Source of the DNA: an uncultured Acidimicrobiaceae bacterium
GTDB taxonomy: Bacteria > Actinomycetota > Acidimicrobiia > Spongiisociales > ZC4RG35
Assembly: GCA_964653975.1 (NCBI GenBank)
Contig: CAZZIG010000129.1
Location: 5,440-69,439, forward strand
DNA length: 64,000 nucleotides
Direction: 5' to 3'
Below are positions 43,739 through 52,789 of this stretch, in pieces (position 1 is the stretch's first letter; each line of letters begins with the position of its first letter). The notes under the pieces were generated by a model, which had not been told where the DNA came from, made no database searches, and saw only the letters and a list, made by a program, of their open reading frames with translations. Both the position numbers and the translations under genes were made by a program.

Positions 43739-44542
43739 ATGGCTGAGGCCCCTGAGTTCCGGGACCAGCGCATGCCGGTGATCTATCTGAGTCACGGTGC
43801 GCCTCCGCTCGCCGACGATCCCCTTTGGACCAGGCAATTGGCCGACTGGTCGGCGACGATGCCCAAGCCGAGCTCGGTGCTGATGGTCTCGGCGCACTGG
43901 GAGGATGACCCTCTGACACTGTCCGCCACACAAACGGTCCCCCTGTTCTACGACTTCTACGGGTTTCCCCAGCACTACTACGAAGTGCAGTATTCAGCTC
44001 CTGGCGCCCCCGCCCTCGCCGACGAAGTGGAGCGTTTGCTCGGCGGTGCCGACCAGAGCGTGCATCGCGATCCCCAACGCGGTCTCGACCACGGGGCCTA
44101 CGTCCCGTTGGTGGAGATGTACCCCGACGCCGACGTCCCCGTCCTGCAGATCTCGATGCCCACCCTCGACCCCAGGGCCTTGTTCGACATCGGGCAGACA
44201 CTCGCCCCCCTGCGCGATCAGGGCGTACTCATCGTCGGCAGCGGTTTCAGCACTCACAATCTCAGAGAGATGAACTGGCACGCCGGGCCCGAAGGTCATC
44301 CCCCGACCTGGTCCGTGGAGTTCGACGACTGGCTGGACAAGACCTTGCAGGCTGGTGATGTCGACACGTTGATCGACTTCCAGAGAACCGCTCCGGCGGC
44401 GCGCATCGCCCACCCCCGAACCGAGCATTTCGCCCCACTTTTCCTGGCCCTCGGCGCCAGCGCCGAGACCGGGGTCGAGTCCCGAACCGAAGTGACCGGG
44501 TTCTGGTTTGGGCTGTCGAAACGATCGGTCGAGTTCGCCTAG
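43739..44542 (+). CDS. Class III extradiol ring-cleavage dioxygenase (4,5-DOPA dioxygenase/YgiD-like)
   Basis: MPVIYLSHGAPP...VLMVSAHWE...LFYDFYGFPQHYYEVQY...GLDHGAYVPL...LIVGSGFSTHNL...HPRTEHFAPLF. Confidence 0.85.
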   Translation: MAEAPEFRDQRMPVIYLSHGAPPLADDPLWTRQLADWSATMPKPSSVLMVSAHWEDDPLTLSATQTVPLFYDFYGFPQHYYEVQYSAPGAPALADEVERLLGGADQSVHRDPQRGLDHGAYVPLVEMYPDADVPVLQISMPTLDPRALFDIGQTLAPLRDQGVLIVGSGFSTHNLREMNWHAGPEGHPPTWSVEFDDWLDKTLQAGDVDTLIDFQRTAPAARIAHPRTEHFAPLFLALGASAETGVESRTEVTGFWFGLSKRSVEFA

Positions 44543-44592
44543 GCCGAACCTTGGACTGGAGGCTCGTCATCAGCCGAACTCGGAGCCCGCGG

Positions 44593-45978
44593 CTATTCGC
44601 CGGCGAGTTGCTGCAACCCGTCGTACGCGGCGTACTTGAAGACCTCCGACCGGGTGGGGACGTTGTAGGTGGAGTCGATGAAATAGTCGATCGTCCCCGA
44701 ATTGTGGATGACGGCTTGGGCCTGGTGGATCAGCTCGGTGGCCTCCTCACCCACGATGTGGGTGCCGAGCAGGCGACGATCCTTCCGATCGAACACCAGC
44801 TTGATCAGCCCCTGTTGGGTTCCGGCGATCGCACTGCGAGGGTTGTCCGCGAACCAGGACCGGCCCACCTCCACTTCGAGACCCGCGTCGCGTGCGGCTT
44901 CCTCGGTCATCCCCACCATCCCCACCTCCGGGATCGAGTAGACCCCGTATGGAGGTAGTGGGTCGACCGTCTCCTTGAACGGGATCCCGAACGCATGACA
45001 GATCGCCACGCGACCCTGCTCGGTGGAGACCGAAGCCAGGGCAGGAGGGCCGATCACGTCGCCGGCGGCGTAGATGCCAGGCGCGGAGGTCCGATACTCC
45101 TCGTCGACGATGACCCGGCCCCGCTCATCGCAGGCGACACCGGCCTCGGCCACCCCCAGAACCTCCGTGTTCCCGATCCGGCCCGCGGCGAAGAGCACGA
45201 TGTCCGGGTTCAAGGCCGCCTCCTCTCCTATGGTCACCTGGAGTCGCTCCTCGTTGCGATGCACCGTTCCGCTCTTACCCAGGATCATTCGGACCCCGGC
45301 TTCCTCCATGTGCCCGCGAAGCACATCGGAGATCTCGGCATCGAGGAACGGGACGAGACGGTCGGCCATGTCGATAACCGTCACCGACACTCCCAGCGCG
45401 GTGAAGATGGAGGCGTACTCGACTCCCACGGGACCGCCGCCTATGACCACCATGCTCCCGGGGATTCGATCGAGGTCGAGGATCGTGTCCGAGTCGTGCA
45501 CGTCGGGGTCGTCGAATGGGATCCAATCGGGATGCCAGGGTCGCGACCCGCTGGCGACGAGGACCACCTTGGCTTCGAGGAGCCGTTCGTCGCCGGAGTC
45601 GTCGGTGACCCTGACCCCTCCTTCGTCGAGCGTCGCCTCGCCGACGACGAACTCGATGTCGTGACGTTCGAGGTTGGCACGCACCGCGGCTCCGACCTTC
45701 TCCTGCACGTCGGTGGCCCTGGTGCGGAGACGGTCGAGGAGGACATCCGGCTCCAGGCTGATCCCCACCCCATAGATCTCCCGCTGACGGAACCCGGTCA
45801 GATAGGTGGCAGCCTCGCGCAGGGTCTTGGTCGGTATCCCCCCGCTGTTGACTGGGGCGCCGCCCGGCCTCGGGTTGCGGTCGACCACTGCCACCTTGTG
45901 GCCGAAATAGGCAGCCTGTGCCGCTCCTTTCTCACCTGCCGGTCCCGAGCCGATCGTGACCAGGTCGTACTGACTCAT
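44593..45978 (-). CDS. sthA: SthA-like soluble pyridine nucleotide transhydrogenase / class I flavoprotein oxidoreductase lacking the redox-active Cys pair
   Basis: MSQYDLVTIGSGPAGEKGA...GGAPVNSGGIPTKTLREAA (the usual CxxxxC positions are A and G), a second Rossmann VVIGGGPVGVEYA, and a C-terminal dimerisation domain. Confidence 0.7.
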   Translation of the reverse strand: MSQYDLVTIGSGPAGEKGAAQAAYFGHKVAVVDRNPRPGGAPVNSGGIPTKTLREAATYLTGFRQREIYGVGISLEPDVLLDRLRTRATDVQEKVGAAVRANLERHDIEFVVGEATLDEGGVRVTDDSGDERLLEAKVVLVASGSRPWHPDWIPFDDPDVHDSDTILDLDRIPGSMVVIGGGPVGVEYASIFTALGVSVTVIDMADRLVPFLDAEISDVLRGHMEEAGVRMILGKSGTVHRNEERLQVTIGEEAALNPDIVLFAAGRIGNTEVLGVAEAGVACDERGRVIVDEEYRTSAPGIYAAGDVIGPPALASVSTEQGRVAICHAFGIPFKETVDPLPPYGVYSIPEVGMVGMTEEAARDAGLEVEVGRSWFADNPRSAIAGTQQGLIKLVFDRKDRRLLGTHIVGEEATELIHQAQAVIHNSGTIDYFIDSTYNVPTRSEVFKYAAYDGLQQLAGE

Positions 45979-46047
45979 TTCCCGCCTCCATGCTCAGAGC
46001 AACTCCGGGCAAGCCTACGGACTCTGCGGTGCCATACTCTGCGCACC

Positions 46048-46365
46048 ATGACGACTTCGTCGACCGAGCCCTGGGAAGGATGTCGGGTCTGCGGGCACAC
46101 CGACCACAGCTACCGAACCCACCTCCACGAGGTGGCAGCCCCCGAGTTCGTCCACGCCTCTGTGGGGCGACTGCGTGAGATCGAGCGAACCGGGGGCGAG
46201 GTGCACTCCCTGGTGACGGAGACCTCGGGACTGGTCGACAGCGAAGAGGGCGGCCGCCAGGCTTGGGCGATCTGGCTACTCCAGCTGCTGCGACAACTCG
46301 AAGACGCCAAGGACACTCCCGATGTCGCCGCCGAGATCGAGAGCTATCTGCTCGGCGGGTACTGA
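46048..46365 (+). CDS. Hypothetical 105-aa protein (CxxC...H cluster near the N-terminus)
   Basis: 3'-terminal, coding-like part of the otherwise antisense ORF 44995..46365. MTTSSTEPWEGCRVCGHTDHSYRTHLHE... A CATACT box lies 10 nt upstream of the ATG. Confidence 0.45.
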   Translation: MTTSSTEPWEGCRVCGHTDHSYRTHLHEVAAPEFVHASVGRLREIERTGGEVHSLVTETSGLVDSEEGGRQAWAIWLLQLLRQLEDAKDTPDVAAEIESYLLGGY

Positions 46366-46432
46366 TCGATCCGGCGCTCCTCCCGGTTGACGATCGGATA
46401 GCCTGCAACATCATCGGTACCAGGAGAGGTGA

Positions 46433-46834
46433 ATGGCGATAGTCGTAGGTTTCATCGACAACCCCGAGGGCAGACAGGCGTTGGACCTGGCCATCGAAGA
46501 GGCCCAGCGGCGACAACGTCGGCTCATCATCGTCCACTCCATGAAGGGAGGCTCGAAGACCCGAGAGGAGGAGTACCTCAACTACCAGAAGGCCCTCGAC
46601 ACCCTCGCCGCCGACCTCGCCAAACGCGGGATCGACCACGAGATCCATGAGTACGTCCGGGATCAGACACCCGCCGAGGATCTCATCGAGGCGGTCTCCG
46701 AGTTCGACGCCGAGTTGCTCGTGATCGGCTACAAGCGCCGGACGGCGACCGGCAAGGCTCTCCTGGGCAGTCACGCCCAGGACGTCCTGATGAGCGCGAC
46801 CGTTCCGGTTCTGGCGGTGATGGCTCCCGACTGA
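46433..46834 (+). CDS. Universal stress protein (UspA family)
   Basis: MAIVVGFIDNPEGRQALDLAIEEA...LIIVHS...LLVIGYKRRTATGKALLGSHAQDVLMSATVPVLAV. Confidence 0.85.
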   Translation: MAIVVGFIDNPEGRQALDLAIEEAQRRQRRLIIVHSMKGGSKTREEEYLNYQKALDTLAADLAKRGIDHEIHEYVRDQTPAEDLIEAVSEFDAELLVIGYKRRTATGKALLGSHAQDVLMSATVPVLAVMAPD

Positions 46835-46902
46835 GACCGGTCGCCCGGGCGTCTTCCACATCAGAGACTGCCCTGTCTAGGCTCACCGGCACCTCCACCC
46901 GG

Positions 46903-48425
46903 TCACGATCCACGTCCGGTGGCCAGGGTGAGCGCGTGAAGCTGTTCCAGGGTCTCGTCGCCGAGCTGGTCGCTCCGAAGCCTCCATTCCCAGTTGCCGC
47001 TCGTGGTCCCCGGAGTGTTCAGCCGAGCCTCGCTGCCCAGACCCAGGATGTCCTGCACCGGAAAAATCGCGGTCATGGCCCGGGAGCCGGCCACCATCTC
47101 GACCAAACCCCATGGGATCCGTCCGCCCACCCTGCGGTACAGGATGCGTCGCGGTCGTTTCAGCTTCCACAATCTGTGTTTGGGATTCGCTTCCCAGAAC
47201 CAGCCCCTGGTGGTGTCGTTGTCGTGGGTACCGGTGTAGGCCCAGACGTGCTCCGGGTAGTTGTCCGGATGGTGGAGGGCGGTGTCGCTGACCCGGTCGA
47301 AGCCGAATTGGGCGATTCTCATCCCGGGCAAACCGAAGGTCTCCCGAATGGCGACCACGTCGTCGGTGATGAGTCCGAGGTCCTCGGCGATGAGGGGCAA
47401 GGCACCAACCTCGTCCGCGACGGCCTCCATCAGCTCGGCTCCCGGGCCGGAGACCCACCGGCCACGGACCGCGGTGGGCTCATCGACGGGGATGGCCCAG
47501 TATCCCGCAATGCCGCGAAAGTGATCCAGCCGTAACCGGTCGAACAGCTCGAGGGCTTCGACCACACGGGACCGCCACCATCGGAAGCGACGGGAGGCCA
47601 ACTCCTCCCAATCGAAGATCGGGTTCCCCACCTCTGTCCGGTCGGGGAGAAGTAGTCCGGTGGGACACCGGCTACCACGGTCGGCTCACCTCGTTGGTCG
47701 AGTTGGAACAGGTCGGGATTTGCCCAAACATCTGCCGAGTCGTGGGCGACGTAGAGGGGGAGGTCACCAACCAGACCGACGCCGTGCTCTCGTGCCGTTT
47801 CCCGTAGCGTCGCCCACTGGTCGAAGAAGAGGAACTGGATGACCTTCTCCGCATCCACTTCTGAGGCGAGCTCCGTCCTGGCCCGGTCGAGAGCGGCGTG
47901 ATCCCGTCTCGCCAGATCGGGGTCCCACCGGTTCCACGGGCGCCCGGCTTGGTGCTCCTTGAGGGCTGCGTAGAGGCTGTAGTCGTCGAGCCAGATGGAG
48001 CCTTTCCGGTCGCAGAACTCTGCGTAACGGCGCTGTTGTTCGTTACCGGCTCTGGTGGCGAACCTCGCCGCGGCCCGCCGTAGCAGTTGGCGCTTGTTCC
48101 GGGCGACCACGTCGTAGTCGACCCGGCCTTCGGGGACGACGATGGCGTCTCTCTCTTCGTCCTCGACCAAACCCTGATCGACGAGCACATCCGGGCTGAT
48201 CAACCACGGGTTCCCGGCGAACGTGGACGACGACTGATAGGGCGAGTTGCCTAACCCCGTCGGGCCCACGGGGAGCATCTGCCAATAGCTCTGGTCCGCC
48301 CGGCCCAGCTTCGCCACGACGTCATGGGCTGCCGGGCCGAGATCTCCGATCCCGAAGAGACCTGGAAGCGAGGTGATGTGGAGGAGCAGGCCACTCGCAC
48401 GCGGCTGCGTATCGGGCATGCTCAT
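46903..48425 (-). pseudogene. malQ: 4-alpha-glucanotransferase (amylomaltase) interrupted by a 1-nt frameshift in a G-run
   Basis: ORF 47430..48425 encodes the N-terminal two thirds, up to ...GVPPDYFSPTGQRWG. ORF 46903..47631 continues in another frame with GNPIFDWEEL... The conserved GQxWGNP motif is split at the minus-strand GGGG run (plus CCCC 47626-47629). An intact gene would need one more G. Confidence 0.8.
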
Positions 48426-48479
48426 CTGCTGGTGCGGGGTTGAACGACTGGTGGGGCCGTCCTGCGGGACGGCTTCGTC

Positions 48480-48899
48480 CTACCCGCCCCAGCCCTCGGG
48501 CGGCTGGTGGATGCCATCGGTGAAATTCCAGTACTCCCGGAGGTCGGAGCACAACCCCGTCTCGTCGAAGGTGAGCAGAAGACATCCGGCCAGTGTGACC
48601 GGGGCGTCTTCCACCTTCATCGTGGTCCAGAACTCGACTGCGGCCCGCAGACCGTCGACGAAGGGCCGTCCCATCCGCACGGAGATCTCGGTTTGGGTGG
48701 AGGTGACCCCGACCCAGTATTCGGTTACCCCGGACCGTTCCCGGTGTGGCTCCTCGAAGATGAGCGATCGGTAGGAAGCAGCCTCGGTGAACAACGCCGC
48801 GGCGGCCTCGGCGTCGCCGTTCTCCCACGCCTTTCGATAGGCCTCAGCCCATTCTGTCACCCGGTCCCTGTCTCCCATGTCGGTCTCCTCGTCGGCCAC
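48480..48899 (-). CDS. NTF2-fold (SnoaL/DUF4440-like) protein
   Basis: VTEWAEAYRKAWENGDAEAAAALFTEAASYRS...EYW... pattern, about 135 aa. Confidence 0.6.
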   Translation of the reverse strand: MADEETDMGDRDRVTEWAEAYRKAWENGDAEAAAALFTEAASYRSLIFEEPHRERSGVTEYWVGVTSTQTEISVRMGRPFVDGLRAAVEFWTTMKVEDAPVTLAGCLLLTFDETGLCSDLREYWNFTDGIHQPPEGWGG

Positions 48900-48980
48900 G
48901 GCTCGGAGGTTACCGGAGGGAGACCCGGGGCCCGGAGTGGGATTCGTCGGATCTGGTCTTCACAACAGAACTCGAGCCCC

Positions 48981-49184
48981 TCAGCGCCGGTCTACCACAC
49001 GTTCCGCGATCCCGATTACACCTGCCACCGCAATCGCGGCCAACCCGATGCCGACGATCACCATGTTCCCGGCCGCGAACAGCCCGAGCACGGCAATTAG
49101 GGCGCCGAGCCCGCTGAGGAGAAGCACCGGAAGCGACGGCGACGACCTGCTGGGCTCGACACGGATCTCTCGTTCCTCGGTCAT
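48981..49184 (-). CDS. Hypothetical small 2-TM membrane protein
   Basis: In-frame part of ORF 48981..49349. ATG 49184 after GAGGAA. MTEEREIRVEPSRSSPSLPVLLLSGLGALIAVLGLFAAGNMVIVGIGLAAIAVAGVIGIA. Confidence 0.5.
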   Translation of the reverse strand: MTEEREIRVEPSRSSPSLPVLLLSGLGALIAVLGLFAAGNMVIVGIGLAAIAVAGVIGIAERVVDRR

Positions 49185-49305
49185 CAGCGATTCCTCGATT
49201 CGTAGAGCGGTGGGCTTGTCGGCACACATAGTGGCACGGTCCAGTGCGAAGACTCGTCTCGATTGGGGGCGACAGACCACCGTTCCTGAATGCGATGGCC
49301 TGACC

Positions 49306-50781
49306 TCATCCCGGAGCCGGAGAATCGGGGATGCCCCTCCTCGCCACACGGGCCTCCGTCAACGATCTCCTCATGCGCAGGGCGGACAGCCAGCCGAGCA
49401 CTATGAGCCCGAAACCCACCGCCACGGTTACTGCGAATCCTGACCGGACCGCGGCGGCGGCACCAGCAGGGCCGCCCCCTTCGGGCGAGGCGATGAGTTC
49501 ACGGACCAGTTCGACGTCGCCGAGTTGGAGTGTCACCACGAGGAGAAGCACCGCACCGCCGATGGCCGAACCAAAGGTGAAACCCTGGTTGCGGGCGAAC
49601 AGGTGTGCCGAGACCACCCGGCCCATCTGTGCCGACTGGGTGACGGCACGGAGCAGGGTCAGCGAGGCGTTCGTCGCCATGCCAACACCAATCCCGGAGG
49701 TGAAGAACACCGTGAAGGCGGCATATACCGGGAGGTCGATCGTGATCGCCAGCCAGGCGCCCGCGAGTGACGGCATCCCCACCATGAAGCCCAGCAGCAC
49801 GATCCACGACTCCGAGTGGCGGTCGGCCAGCCTGCTGGAGAGGACGGCCCCCACCGTCCATCCGACGGTGAGAGGGAGAACCGACCAGGCCGTGAGCGCA
49901 GGCGAGGCCTCCAACCCGGCGCGGACGTAGAGCGGGATGTAGGTCGACATGGCGAAGGTCCCGGTGAGGAGGAGACCGGTCGACAGGGCGAGACCACGGT
50001 AAGGCTGGGGTGCGATGTGCTCGAGTCTCACCACCGGCGGGTCGGCGCGACGGGCGTGTCTGATGTAGACGAGGAGGGCGCCCGCGGCGCCAGCCAACCA
50101 GATGAGGGAGGTGAGGTCGAGGGCGTCGACGGCGAACAGACTCGCCACCGTGACCACCGCCAACAACGCCGAGCCAAAGAGGTCGAACCTCCCGGCGGCT
50201 TCGCCGAACGGGCCGGGGAACACCTTCCATGCGGCGACGAGGGCGATCGCCCCGAGGGGGAGGTTGGCGTAGAAGATCCACTCCCAGGAGAGGAAGGTGA
50301 GGATGAATGCCGCCACCGCCGGGCCGGCGACACCCATCACTCCCCACACCGTGGCGTTGGCAGCGAACGCCCGTCCCACCAGATGCTGTGGATAAACGAG
50401 CGAGATGGCTGCAGTCCCGGTGGAGAGGATCAGGCCGGCACCGGCGCCCTGGAGGAGACGGAGGCCGACCAGGACTTCCATCGAGGGGGCGAAAGCGGTG
50501 GCGAACCCCGTGAAGGCGAACACCGCGAGGGAGAGGCGGAACATCCTGGAGACACCGACCGCGTCTAGGAAAGGCCCAGCCACCACGGTGGCAAGACTCG
50601 AAGTGAGCAGATATGCGGTTATCACCCAGGGCAGCAGGGAGACGTTTCCCAGGTCGGTGGCGATGTCGGGGAGGGCGGCGGCGATGCCCAGTGCCTGGAA
50701 CGAGGCCAGGGCGGCGCTAGCGAAAACGGCGATCGACGCCGGCAGCAACTCGCGGGAGAGGACGCTCCGTGGCTCTGACAC
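49306..50781 (-). CDS. MFS transporter, 14-TM drug:H+ antiporter (DHA2/EmrB-like)
   Basis: ALPDIATDLG..., LLTSSLATVVAGPFLDAVGVSRMF, LRLLQGAGAG; 491 aa. Confidence 0.85.
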   Translation of the reverse strand: MSEPRSVLSRELLPASIAVFASAALASFQALGIAAALPDIATDLGNVSLLPWVITAYLLTSSLATVVAGPFLDAVGVSRMFRLSLAVFAFTGFATAFAPSMEVLVGLRLLQGAGAGLILSTGTAAISLVYPQHLVGRAFAANATVWGVMGVAGPAVAAFILTFLSWEWIFYANLPLGAIALVAAWKVFPGPFGEAAGRFDLFGSALLAVVTVASLFAVDALDLTSLIWLAGAAGALLVYIRHARRADPPVVRLEHIAPQPYRGLALSTGLLLTGTFAMSTYIPLYVRAGLEASPALTAWSVLPLTVGWTVGAVLSSRLADRHSESWIVLLGFMVGMPSLAGAWLAITIDLPVYAAFTVFFTSGIGVGMATNASLTLLRAVTQSAQMGRVVSAHLFARNQGFTFGSAIGGAVLLLVVTLQLGDVELVRELIASPEGGGPAGAAAAVRSGFAVTVAVGFGLIVLGWLSALRMRRSLTEARVARRGIPDSPAPG

Positions 50782-50849
50782 GGACGCAATCTATGACGGT
50801 TCGACCCCGGTTCGGAACTCGGTCCGATCTCTGGAGAGCCGGGCGTCGA

Positions 50850-51737
50850 TCAGTCCGAAGTGGTCCTGGTCTCGGCTTTCTTCAGGTCGGCGGAGTGGTC
50901 TCCACCCAGGTCGGCGGTGAGGAACTCCGCGGTCTCCGGCAACGCCAGGTGGAGATCTGACTCTGTGTGGAGACGGACCCGCAGGTCTCGCCCCCGGCAG
51001 CCGAAGACGTGGCCACCCACCGACCGGTCGTCGGTGATGAAATGGAAGTGATAGCCGGGGACACTCACCGACGTCGCATATTCCGGCGCCCAGAAGCCAA
51101 CCAGGGTCCCGGTCAGGTCCATCATCTCGAACTCGCTCTGATGACGGGTGGCCTCCACCAGACTCTCGCCCGGACGCGCCGGACAGGCGGCCCGCATGGA
51201 GAGCCCTTCGAATCCTCCGTCGACTCTGATCCCGACGAAGACGTTCTCCGAAGATCTGAGGGCGTCCAATTGGGTGAACAGCAACTCGATCGAGTCGGCC
51301 GCTTCGATGTTCGACTCGGAGTCGACGTGGAACCTGGTGACCAGGGCGAAAGGCGTCTCCCAGTCGTCCTCCGCGGGTCTAACCGTTCCCCCGTATGTGG
51401 CCTGGAAGCATTCGCCGTCGATCATGATCAACTCACCGTCGAGCCCGGCGAATGTCCCCAGCCCGAAGTCGCCGTGCCGTTTCAACTCGCCGACTGTCGC
51501 GGTCCCGTCGAAGACCCCTCGAACCAACGCTTTCGAAGTCGACACCTGGAACAGGGAGTGCCGCTCCAGACCCAAAGCCTCGGAGAGGAGAGAGTCGAGG
51601 ACCCGGGAAAGGGACTCCCCGGTTTCCTGTCGTCGCCGTTCCACGCCACGCCAGACGCTTTCGGAAACTTCGCTCTCGATTCGCGGCGACACCGAGTGAG
51701 GGTACCTGGAGACGACCGGGGCAGCGTCGGACCACAT
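50850..51737 (-). CDS. budA: Alpha-acetolactate decarboxylase with a ~60-aa N-terminal extension
   Basis: In-frame part of ORF 50850..51965. LFQVSTSKALVRGVFDGTATVGELKRHGDFGLGTFAGLDGELIMIDG...GTLVGFWAPEY...VPGYHFHFITDDRSVGGHV. Start ATG 51737, chosen so that it does not overlap the divergent LLM gene. Confidence 0.8.
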   Translation of the reverse strand: MWSDAAPVVSRYPHSVSPRIESEVSESVWRGVERRRQETGESLSRVLDSLLSEALGLERHSLFQVSTSKALVRGVFDGTATVGELKRHGDFGLGTFAGLDGELIMIDGECFQATYGGTVRPAEDDWETPFALVTRFHVDSESNIEAADSIELLFTQLDALRSSENVFVGIRVDGGFEGLSMRAACPARPGESLVEATRHQSEFEMMDLTGTLVGFWAPEYATSVSVPGYHFHFITDDRSVGGHVFGCRGRDLRVRLHTESDLHLALPETAEFLTADLGGDHSADLKKAETRTTSD

Positions 51738-51781
51738 CTCCGACCAATATGACCCCCGCCGAAAGAGGAGTGCCTGACGAA

Positions 51782-52789
51782 GTGAGAGTCGGATTGCGAG
51801 TTCCGCCATGCGAGCCACTCGACGCAATGGTGGACATCGCCGTCGCAGCCGAAAGGGCCGGGTTCGACATTCTGTGGGTCCCCGACTCCCAGTTGATCTG
51901 GCGCGACATGTGGGCGACTCTCGGCGCGATGGCCACCGGGACCGAAGAGATAGTCCTCGGGGCAAACGTGACCAACCCGGTCACCCGTCACCTCTCTGTG
52001 ACCGCCGGAGCGGCAGCCACCCTGGTCGAGGCAGCTCCCAACCGGTTTGTGCTTGGGATCGGCGTGGGTGACAGCTCGGTACGAATCATGGGGTGGCGGC
52101 CGTCACGCATCTCAGAGCTCGAGGCCTACGTGGACGACACACGCACTCTCCTCCGGGGCGAATCCCTCGAAGGACGTGGCGGCAAGGAATACCGTCTCAT
52201 CGACCCACCTTCCAGCCCCGTTCCCATCTACATCAGCGCCACCGGGCCGAAGATGTTGCAGACGGCGGGTGCGATCGGCGACGGGGTCATCTTCGTTGGA
52301 GGTCTGGACGAAGAAGCTCTCAACTACGCGCGGGAGAACATCTCGGCCGGGGCGGGACGGTTGGGGCGAGACGGAGCGGATCTCGACCTCTCTGTGGGAT
52401 GTTTCTGCCACATCGGCCCCGACGTCGACTACGGCAAGCTTCTCATGCGCCCATATGCCGCCGTCTTCGCCCTCCGCCACCCCGAGCTGATGGGTGAGTT
52501 CGACATCGAATCGCCGGGCCAGGAAAAACGTCTTGGCTTCTACCCCGATCTCGGCCACGCCCAGGATTGGGAGGCTGCAATCGAACAGACCGATTGGCTA
52601 CCGGACCCGGTCCTCGACAGGTTCTGTGACCGCTACTGCATCATCGGAGACGGGCCCGAAGTCCTCGCCGAGGTCCAACAGCTGGCTGGGTTGGGAGTCG
52701 ACAATCTCTACGTGCGGGGGGTGTACTCCTACCGGCTCCCTCACGACCTGTTGGCCGGGTTCGCAAACCAGGTCATTCCCCACCTCTAA
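51782..52789 (+). CDS. LLM-class F420-dependent-type oxidoreductase
   Basis: In-frame part of ORF 51452..52789. VRVGLRVPPCEPLDAMVDIAVAAERAGFDILWVPDSQL...RFVLGIGVGDS...ATGPKMLQTAGAIGDG. Start GTG 51782; ATG 51749 is possible. Confidence 0.8.
   Translation: MRVGLRVPPCEPLDAMVDIAVAAERAGFDILWVPDSQLIWRDMWATLGAMATGTEEIVLGANVTNPVTRHLSVTAGAAATLVEAAPNRFVLGIGVGDSSVRIMGWRPSRISELEAYVDDTRTLLRGESLEGRGGKEYRLIDPPSSPVPIYISATGPKMLQTAGAIGDGVIFVGGLDEEALNYARENISAGAGRLGRDGADLDLSVGCFCHIGPDVDYGKLLMRPYAAVFALRHPELMGEFDIESPGQEKRLGFYPDLGHAQDWEAAIEQTDWLPDPVLDRFCDRYCIIGDGPEVLAEVQQLAGLGVDNLYVRGVYSYRLPHDLLAGFANQVIPHL

Noticed and set aside
44995-46365. A 456-aa + strand ORF.
   Set aside because: Its first ~350 codons are antisense to the well-supported sthA-like gene and translate to a low-complexity Arg/Gly/Asp-rich sequence. 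Only the 3' terminal 46048-46365 portion was kept, as a low-confidence hypothetical CDS.
47600-47660. Programmed ribosomal frameshifting in malQ.
   Set aside because: I found no recognisable slippery heptamer plus downstream structure. A homopolymer-run indel, whether mutation or sequencing error, is the simpler explanation. The alternative is kept only inside the finding.
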